The notes under the pieces: model-generated
The model's input: only the letters and a program-made list of their open reading frames with translations
What the model was told of the DNA's origin: nothing
Database searches by the model: none
Assembly (NCBI RefSeq): GCF_006345805.1
Contig: NC_043001.1
Location: 4,216,001-4,280,000 of the forward strand
Direction of reading: 5' to 3'
DNA from: Octopus sinensis
Taxonomy: Eukaryota
Length of the DNA stretch: 64,000 bases
Program-made: the position numbers and the translations under genes
Part shown: positions 54,581 to 64,000 of the stretch, piece after piece
Position numbering within the stretch: the first letter of the stretch is position 1
How the letters are laid out: each line of letters starts with the position of its first letter

Positions 54581-55139
54581 GTATGAAGCTATGCATAAGG
54601 ACGCACACCTAACAAAATCGCTGGCGATGTAGTTTCGTGCTTTAACAATTTATTATACCTTTTCCAGTGTCTCTGCTACATGAGACCCTTCTTCAAATAT
54701 TCAGCGATAAATATGTCTATCATTGCTGTCTTCGTATAACTCACACACTCATACATACCTACATACATGTGTGTTTGTGTGTGTGTGTGGTGTGTGTGTG
54801 TGTGTGTGTGTGTGTCTGTGTGCATGTTTGTGTGTGAATATGTATGCGTGTGCGCACGCGTGTTTGTGCATAATTTGGAACGATATAAACGCCAGAAAGT
54901 TAACGTTGAATGTTAGCTACAACTGTGTAAGAAACGGGAAAGAGAAAACGGAAGACGAGAATCATTAGAGTTCATAAACCGCTCCATACATCTTTACTAG
55001 CGTGTAGAGAGTTTGATCCACGAGAGATCAATAGAGTCATAATGAAAAACAGCCACAGAAAACAGAGGGGTCTACGTATGACTTGTATCGATTGCCGGAA
55101 GTGATTTTGATAGTATTCTCCACGCATGGATCCTAGAAA

Positions 55140-55735
55140 CAATAGCTATGAACAAGGCAACACTAATAATCATAAAATTTTATAAAACATTCCCTGAATA
55201 AATGGCAGAGAGTGCTATAGCCACAGACAAAAAAGGGACTCATAAGAACCAAAGCCGTCCCCATTAGAAGCGGAATATTCCAGAGAGACACGCTATCTCC
55301 ATTCCTTGTTTGCTTGGCACTGACACCTTTACCTGACGTGCTAAACAGAATTGGATGTGAATACATTTGTTACGGCAAAGCAATCAGATACCTCTTATGT
55401 AAACGGAGAAACTTTCAAAATGCAAAAACGTGAAAATAGAGCTAAGTCTAATGTGGATACAAAAGCAGAAACAATTCCTACCATTGTAGGCGCGTTAGGT
55501 ATGAGAAAAAGAATATTTAGACAAATACATAACAAAAGCACGAGGACTAACAAATACATAAAACGTACAGAAAAAAATAGCACTCCTAGGCACTGTACAC
55601 ATCCTACGTAAATCATTTTCAATGCAGTAAAAATAAGCGCATCACAACAAACCACTGCACATACCCAAGGCACGCGGAGCTGCGCTCTTTAGTGCAATGA
55701 AAGCGCATGATAAAAGCAAGACTACTGAATAATAA
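55140..55735 (+). mobile_element. Internally deleted R4/Dong-like LINE (RT fragment joined to the 3' end)
   Basis: IRSGIFQRDTLSPFL (cf. GIFQGDSLSP), then TIPTIVGALG and a 3' UTR matching 40766-40862, ending in (AAT)n. Confidence 0.8.
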
Positions 55736-55789
55736 TAACAACATCAACAACAACAATAGTAATACTAATAATAACCGCAATTAGTGGTA

Positions 55790-56100
55790 TTGTCAAGATG
55801 CATCACATATGCTATACAGATGACGTTACCAGCCCCTTTGACCCACGAATAATCAAGAAAGAAGGCGCAAAGATAGATAGAGTGATAAATAGACAGATAC
55901 AACCCCCTTAAGCCCTAAACAGCTCGTCTGTGGAAAATGAAGAAGGTGAAGATAGTGCCAATCATTGTTGGGTACTTGGGGGCAGTATCAGAATGCATCA
56001 AGGGGATGTAAAGGAAATTGGAATAGAGTGCCCAGTAGAACTGTTACGAAAGTTTTGCCTCCTTGCCGGAATAATCAGGAAAGTATTAGATAGCTGAAAA
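55790..56100 (+). mobile_element. R4/Dong-like LINE 3' end, another family
   Basis: LWKMKKVKIVPIIVG...IRKVLDS*. Confidence 0.65.
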
Positions 56101-56239
56101 GGGCGAATAACATGGTAACGTAGGTTGCAGGTAGTAAGCCCGCTACGCATGCAAAACTCCATGAGCTCCATCAAAATCTGTGATAAAGAGATGATAATAA
56201 TAATTAATAAAATGATTTGCCAAAAGTGAGAAAGTTTTA

Positions 56240-57140
56240 GATTCACTATTACAGATTATTAAAGTAGTGAGTGGTGACACCGACATGGAATTTGGAATAG
56301 ACAAGTGCTGGTTGATGGTAAGATTTACAGAAAAAACATATACAGGTGGAAAGGGATCGAAATCCCAAAGAAGTCGTTGGTCCGAGTTACGAAAAATGGT
56401 GACCGTTACAAAAACTTAGGTGTATTACAGACAGATAGAATCCTCTGCCAAGAAATGAAAGAGAAAATAAGAAACGAATATCTCAGGAGAGTGAAATATT
56501 TGCTTCGCTCGAAACTGAATGGAGGGATAAGCATTTATGCAGTAAGCCCATGGGTGGTCTCCCTAATAAAATATTCTGATGTTTTCCTTAACTGGACTCC
56601 AGAAACACTAAAGGATATTGATTATAAAACCAGGTCGCTGCATCCCAGTGACTGTTTTGATAGGGTTTTTACCTATGAAGGAAATATCACGGGGTGGAGT
56701 GATATGAATAGAAGACCGAAGCAGAGATGGCAAAACATGATATACAAGAGTATGTGAGAAGCAACTGAGAAAGCCTGATTTCAGCTGTCAGAGAATAGGG
56801 AAAAAGAAGCTCTGGAAACTGTGACAGCGGGGACGAAAAGAAGAAAATGATCAAGTAAGAAACATCCGGGTCAAAAAACTAAACGACCAGCAATGAAGAC
56901 AAATGCAGGGCGGCGCTGTAGATGAGTCTTAGTTATAACTGAAGAATGGATACCTTAAGAAATAAATGGAAGGACTCATGATGACTGCTCTACTCTAGTC
57001 TCTACAGATTGATATCATTGAGATCAAAGTGGAGAAATCCGCAAATAGTGCAAAGAGGAGAGTTTGTAACGAGAAAGGGGAAACCATTTTCGCATAATTA
57101 TTTTCTGTAGTCTTTTGGCAGAGAAATTGTAAATATCAAC
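56240..57140 (+). mobile_element. R4/Dong-like RT C-terminal fragment
   Basis: MEFGIDKC, YKNLG, EYLRRVKYLLRSKLNG, DIDYKTR and a zinc-knuckle remnant; cut by a SINE. Confidence 0.8.
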
Positions 57141-57595
57141 ATGCAACTATGTGGTAAGAAGCTTGCTTCCCAACCACATGCTTCCGGGATCAGTCCCGCT
57201 GAGTGGAACCTCGGGCAAGCTACTTCTGAAAGAAGCCCGTTGTATATGTGTGTGTGTGTCTATGTGTCCGCGCTCGCGTGTGTATTTCTGTGTGTGTGTC
57301 TTGGTGATTGTATTTGTCCACCCACCATCAATCTGTAACTGATGTTAGTGTGTTTAATTCTCCGTAACCTAGAAGTTCGGCAAAGAGTTCGATACAATGT
57401 GTACTATGCTTACAAACAATAAGGGCTGGTGTCGATTTGTTCTAGTAAAACCACTTAAGGTTAGGGTTAGGATTTATTTCTCGACACATACTGTATATGA
57501 ACAGTACTGGTGTATTCTATTTGTTTTAATTCATCTTTCTTTATCTTCTGATGGGCTCCAGCATGGCCGCAGTAAAATAACTAAAAAAAGGTAAA
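57140..57595 (+). mobile_element. CORE-type SINE carrying an insertion at 57461-57557
   Basis: Head remnant, body and tail ctccagcatggccgcag; the tail is split by foreign sequence. Confidence 0.75.
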
Positions 57596-58575
57596 ATAAT
57601 AAAAAGAATAAAAGAATACCCGTATTCATCTTTGTATACTCCATTGCATGTGTTTCCAGAATCTTCTATGACCAGCTTTTACGTTACAATCGACAAATTA
57701 ATACGAATTTCTGGTTGGTAATTGGCATATAATAATTTATAAAGTATTTCAGACATCAAATACCGCTGAGGTCGAATTTGCTTTTCATCCTTTCAGGATC
57801 GATGAATTAAGCACCAGTTGCCTATTGGGGTCGATCTAATCGACTGAACCCTCACCACAAAATGTCAGGCCTCGTGCCTAGTGTAGAAAGGAGTATTTCA
57901 GAGATTTTAAGAAATATTCTATCTATATGTTGTTTGGAAAGTGTTTATATTTATTTCTCGACACATACTGTATATGAACATTACTGGTGTATTCTATTTG
58001 TCTTAATTCATCTTTCTTTATCTTGTGATGGGCTGTGAATTATATATCATAAAGACTGATGTCTAATTGCATCTAGCGCGTGATCTGTTATTTCACAACT
58101 GAGCGCAACTCCTCTCGATGCGAATTGCAATTTTCGTCAAAATTTCCATCAGCTTTCTCTGAAACTGCCAAATAATTAAATTTATTTACAACTGCATAAC
58201 CAAAGATATGATATGGACATTACTTGGTGCATTTCCCCTTACCTCGCTATACGCTTGGCGGTCTCCGACTATAAGTTTCACCTATTTGCATATATAACCC
58301 GTAAGATAAAACACGAAGCGACCGACAAATCAATGTTGACTACAAACACTTACTAGCATAGTCAAATATGGTCGTGTATGCGAAGCAGAAATTATCAACG
58401 ACTAATAGTTTTATTGGTAATGACTTTCAAGTCCTCCCATCCTCCCAGAGGACCTTTAGTTACCTTGTCTCGACATTCACTCATTTACTCATTTATTATT
58501 CCTAATTTTCACGTATTTAAAAACAGATCGTTACACGTGTATACACATGCACCCCATGTGTATATATATATAATA

Positions 58576-58648
<73 letters not shown>

Positions 58649-58811
58649 CATATATTATATATACATATATATTATATATATATATTATATATATATATAT
58701 ATATATAGATATATATATATATATTATTATATATATATATATTATTATATATATATTATATATACATATATATATTATATATTATATATATGTGTGTGTG
58801 TGTGTGTGTTT

Positions 58812-59122
58812 GTGGAGGCGCAATGGCCCAGTGGTTAGGGCAGTGGACTCGCGGTCGGAGGATCGCGGTTTCGATTCCCAGACAGGGCGTTGTGAGTGTT
58901 TATTGAGCGAAAACACCGAAAGCTCCACGAGGCTCCGGCAGGGGGTGGTGGCGAGCCCGGCTGTACTCTTTCGCCACAAATTCTCTCACTCTTCCTTCTG
59001 TTGGCCTGCTCTCTTAGCCAGCGGGGTGGCGTCATTTGAAGGCTAAGACAAAGCGAAGCTCATTGTGACCAGCGATGTGTAACAACATCTGAGAGCCTGG
59101 TCGGTCACGGTCATCACGGTGA
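58812..59122 (+). mobile_element. tRNA-derived SINE, third family, full length
   Basis: A-box tggcccagtggttagg, B-box ggtttcgattccc, and a tail ending in ggtcacggtcatcacggtga. Confidence 0.9.
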
Positions 59123-59305
59123 TAGATATATATTTATATATATATAATATATATTTATAGGTGTGTATATATATATATATGTGTATATATATATATATAT
59201 ATATTTATATTATAGGTGTATATATATATGTATACATATGTATATATATGTATATATATATGCATATATATATGTAAATATATGTATGTATGTATAAATA
59301 TATGC

Positions 59306-59393
<88 letters not shown>

Positions 59394-59484
59394 TAATCCA
59401 AACGGGAAAACAGAAGAAACAACAACACGTGGAACAATTACAGTATTATTACTATTAGGCGCTCAGGAAAATGGAAGAAGGAAG

Positions 59485-59520
59485 GTATGACGTTTCGAGC
59501 GGAGATCTTCGTCGGAAACA
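59485..59520 (-). ncRNA. Hammerhead-like motif, family D (U4C core), in a Penelope-like 3' end abutting (TA)n at 59391
   Basis: GTTT-CCGACGA-A-GATC-tcc-GCTC-GAA-ACGT-C-ATAC. GUC triplet; one mismatch each in stems I and II. Confidence 0.5.
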
Positions 59521-60896
59521 TAGGAGAAAGAAAGATCCCGAGACGGCAGGACAGAGGAAAAAAAATTGCAGGTAGTCTTCACGAGGTCATACATACATAC
59601 ATACGAATCTTTGCAGTATTATTAATCATTCCTCTATGTCTCATATAGCTGTTTTCAGATGTCTGTGTCCGCTGCTATTCGGTAAAATATTGTTAAATTC
59701 TTAAGATTTATATGTCATAACTTGCATTCTTACAGCGAAGCAATTGTCTTTCCATGAAAGAAATACCTTTTAATATAAAACTAAATAAATAATATACAAA
59801 TGAAATACATAAATAAACAAATGATAGGTATGGCGCCGACGTCGATGATTATGGAGATATTGATAATGATGTTCATGATCGACGTTGCTGACGACGATGA
59901 TGATAGCAACATCACAGCAACAAAAATAATGGTTATGATGATGGTGATGATTTTTGATGCTAATAAATTGTAAGGTAAAAAACCCTAAACAGCCAGGTAA
60001 TATCATTAACAGTTAGGAACACCCGGTAATATATCTTATGTTTTCTCCATTCAATTCGAAAATACTTAATGGAGTTATATTTATTTCTGTTTCGTTTGTT
60101 TTCATCCTTAAAATTCTTAATCGTGTATTAAAAACGAAATGCTGAGAGAAATATCTCGAGACCTCTTAATGGAATGATAAAGCGTTTGTATAAACCTTAC
60201 ATGAAATAGTGTAAAAAGACTCTAGAATTACACATTTTATTGTTGAACGTCTTCCACCTGAGACATATTTCGTTTGTCTTCGTTTAGAATCGCTAAAACC
60301 ATTCGTTAAATTTCTAAAAATATTAAAGAGCATTATTTTTTTTTCGATTCTATATGACCGCCAACACGCAAATCCAGAAATTGGATTTATTAATTTTGGC
60401 GTTCTTTTTGATGCACTTGCTTAACCCCATTCAACCCCTCCAGAACCGATCTACGACGAACTGCATACTACTCCTTACAACCCATTCGTTTTCATTGGTA
60501 TATCCTTTCTCATAAATCATTGTCTAATTGGCTCCTCCAGTTTCACTGCGTCAGAGCGAGGCGAACTCGGAGGGAAACGCTGCAATTCGTAGCAAATTTG
60601 GCTGCTAATAAAGTTTCCACGGTCTCTGGAGAAGACTCTACCGAGTTTAACATTTTCTGTCGTTGCCATGTTTTATCTCATTATACATATTTCCTTTACT
60701 TCTTTCATTCATGCTGGGAAACCACTTTGAGGGATTTTATCTGCCAAAGAGATTAGCATTCTTATACTGTAAGTCATGTAATTATTATATCGAACTTTGT
60801 TCTTTGCCGTAAAAAGTCGTCAGACATTCTCAAGCAGTAAGACAAAAATAGAAATAAACATCCATGCAAGAATATAACCTATATCTATTGAACCCC

Positions 60897-60936
<40 letters not shown>

Positions 60937-61135
60937 TACCATCTTTTAGGTGACATGCAATACTATTGAAAATGTTGAGAGAACGTTGGATAGATTGCTT
61001 TGTGTTAGTCGTTCCTATGTACGTTCTTTCACTTCAAATACCACCGGGACAGACTTTTCTTGTATTTTTTCGGAGAAGACCATTATTGTTGTTGATTTTT
61101 ATTATGTTTGCCATTCTATCCCTTTTTCGTTCTCG

Positions 61136-61188
<53 letters not shown>

Positions 61189-61714
61189 GATAACTTTATA
61201 TCTCCCTATCAGTAATTAAAATCTGATGGCAGAACCAGCTGACATCTTGTAACTATTACATTTTAAAATAAAGGTATATGTCTAAGAAGTTTAATCCGCA
61301 GCAGCGCACGTCTAGCTTCGATCGCACTGTTCAGGAGGGCATACAAACCTTGTTTCTAACCAATTGATCCATCACCTAATCATTTGTACGACTGGGGTTT
61401 TAATTAAAAAACAACACTATTACAACCAGATTTGTAATACGAGTAGAGAGAACCTATACATATGTACACAGGGAACGTCTCGCAGTTGTGAATTTTCTTT
61501 CTTGTAATGAGAGAATTAACTTCAAATGTGAAATGAATGTAGACTTTTGTATGTAATTTTTCTCCCTGAAAGTTTGTTCTATTTTTTTTATATTTTCAGG
61601 GAACTGAAAAGCTGTCCAACATTTCGTGCTTCCTTTATATCCTGGGTGGGTGTTTACGTTTTTGGCAACACGTACTAAACGTGGACAGTGTTTCAGGGTC
61701 ACTATAAACAGTAG

Positions 61715-61930
61715 ACATTTGTAGGATATTTGTCCTCTTTTTGTTTGTTGTTAACACAACGTTTCCTCTGATATACCCTCCGAACTTCATCAGGTGTCTT
61801 GGAGAAATTTCCTAAGATATTTTTCGATGTTATTATTATTATTATTATTATCATCATTCAGGTCGCTGGCCGGAATTGAACTCGGAATCTAAGTGTTAGT
61901 AGCCCTCTTAACCACTACGCCATATGCCCG
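61715..61930 (-). mobile_element. Family B SINE, uninterrupted (tRNA head, (AAT)n, hammerhead tail at 61753-61798)
   Basis: Head ggcgtagtggttaagag...gagttcaattcc; tail GACAC-CTGATGA-A-...-GAA-ACGT-T-GTGTT with a degenerate stem II. Confidence 0.8.
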
Positions 61931-61956
61931 TGCAATTATAAAGTGAATTTTAGGGC

Positions 61957-62163
61957 TTATAAATCTAATATTTTCCTATCCTTCCTTAATACCAGTTCCC
62001 ATATGCTATTCATATCTTCACTCGGTCTGCTTAGGAGGTTGTTGCGTCCTAGCATATGTGATGCTTCTTTTAGTCTCCGTAGTTTTCCTTGCTGTTCTCT
62101 GTTTATTATTTTAGCTTCATCCCACAGGGGGAGGTGGTCTCCAGGAAAACTTACTTTAACCAA
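61957..62163 (-). pseudogene. Penelope-like GIY-YIG endonuclease C-terminal fragment
   Basis: HLPLWDEAKIINREQQGKLRRLKEASHM matches the H..WD..KI...E......R..KEA.H pattern of PLE endonucleases. Confidence 0.6.
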
Positions 62164-63129
62164 TTTTCAAAAGATGATGGATGCATTATCCAAAAGACTG
62201 AAATGAGTGAGGCAGAAGAGTGGAACGAGTGTATCAGGAATGCTAAAGATGTTTGTGTGTGCAAAACTTTGCGTTTTTAGTGTATTAATTATATTGGAGG
62301 AAGGGTGGCACATATTCAAACATTATAAAATCTGCGACATTGGTGTACGGTAAATTTATTATTTGTATAAGTTTCATTTACGGCCATCAGCATTTTGGTT
62401 TGATATAATCTGTATCAGCGTATAACAATTTCCTTAAGGGTTATGTGAACAAATATCAGCTGACAAGGAAGACTAATTCTTCAGAAAATAGCATTCCTCA
62501 TTTCATGTACTTATAACAGAGAAACACAGCTAAAGACTCGTTGAATAAAGCTGAAGTGACATTTGCATTTATTTCATCATGCTAAGAGAATAGTCCTTGA
62601 CAATTAACTCAAAGTTTGTACAAAGAATCAGCTCGGTGCTGGTAGCAAGTTTATCATGAAGAGGCAATTCAGCTGCCGCATAATGCAGTAAATTTATAAG
62701 TATCTCATGGATCAGAGATTTATCTTTGAATTGTCTAATAAAATTACATAGCTGATATGTAATTAGCTGTTCTTGCCAAATGTATATAATTGGTTATCGC
62801 AGCTCAACGTTTGCTTTAGGAATTCGTACGAATGTAAAACCTCGCTACGACCTACTGATGTTGTGCAATTAACAACACCTCAAGGATTTTATATACAAGT
62901 GAATTACGGCGTAAACGAATGCCGTTAGTATGGCTACTTGCTATATATTACTATACAATTCATTATATAGATTTGTATGTGTGTGTTGGTGGGGGTGCAT
63001 GCCCATGTAAATCCATGTACACCTCTATTTGCACATAATTTTATGAATAAATATATCTTCTTTAATTATACATGTATATATAAGTTACTGGTAGTAAACT
63101 TTGAGTTTTGCATGTTAAATGTACGTACT

Positions 63130-63161
<32 letters not shown>

Positions 63162-63951
63162 ACCTTAGGGAATAATAACTATTCCAGGTTATCAGGATGC
63201 ATACTAGTTTACACTTTACTAATGCAATGTAAACAGTATCATTTATAATATTATTACAAATTTGGGATTTTACCAGTAGAACGTAACTTCTATTTCAGAA
63301 TAACATTTTATGGAATACACATAGAAAGTTATATCCAATAACATTAGATAAGCATTAAAAAAAAACCCTACTATCAAATGAAATAACGTTATTAAAAGAA
63401 AATTATTTGAATAAATATATATAACTACCTATTATTAATCTATAGGAAAATAAGATATTTTTAATCAATGCTACACGTGTTTTTGGCTATTTATCTTATT
63501 GTTATCATTATTAACCGATCAAAGTTTAAACGACATGTCATATTAAATAGAAAAATAAGAATATGGATAAATATATAAATTATAAATATATTTTTAAAAT
63601 TAAAAAATTAAACACCTAAAATTTCAATACCAATATATATAGAAAATTCTAAACCTATGGAAACCCTCAACGACTATATTATAAACGCATTCAAATACTG
63701 CAACCTATCTAAACATTACGGGAATTAATAATTTAGTGTAAGTTTTACCCCTATCTATACTCATTGAGAAAGATCCACGTACAACCACTCGAGAACTGGT
63801 AAAAGAATCTCTAGGTTTCTAGAAAACTGCCTTAAACCATTTACATACGATCGGAAAATCAAAAAAAGCTTGACAGATGTGTAGCACAAGATTAAAAAAA
63901 GAAATCAGAAAATGCGCTGATATGAAATTTTCTCGTTGCTTCTTTCCCCAA

Positions 63952-63997
63952 GACACCTGATGAAGGCTGGAGAGTACATCAGCCGAAGCGTTGTGTT
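63952..63997 (+). ncRNA. Hammerhead motif, family B
   Basis: GACAC-CTGATGA-A-GGCTG-loop-CAGCC-GAA-GCGT-T-GTGTT. Stems I and II are intact; A15.1 is G. Confidence 0.6.
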
Positions 63998-64000
63998 TAT

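Overview
AT-rich, microsatellite-dense eukaryotic DNA with no intact protein-coding gene that I can recognise. The tRNA-derived SINE families suggest a cephalopod, probably Octopus; this is inference from repeat recognition, not a search. Almost every ORF in the supplied track is a translation of (TA)n, (ATCT)n, (AAT)n or (CTT)n. Recognisable content: one near-complete irritans-type mariner (11710-12999, DD34D, three lesions), several R4/Dong-like LINE fragments next to (AAT)n, a Penelope endonuclease fragment, piggyBac and CR1/Jockey-like fossils, four SINE families and a few weak candidate exons. The main signal is RNA structure. There are more than ten type I hammerhead ribozyme (HHR) motifs from about seven sequence families, all with a self-complementary stem III. 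Several sit in fold-back elements whose two arms carry the ribozyme pointing outward. The clearest is a perfect 216-bp-arm palindrome with a 2-nt loop (19469-19902) and a canonical HHR in each arm. Another family shows a compensatory G3:C8 swap of the catalytic-core pair, and a third forms the tail of a tRNA-headed SINE. All structures were read by eye; no folding, alignment or database search was run, and novelty could not be checked.
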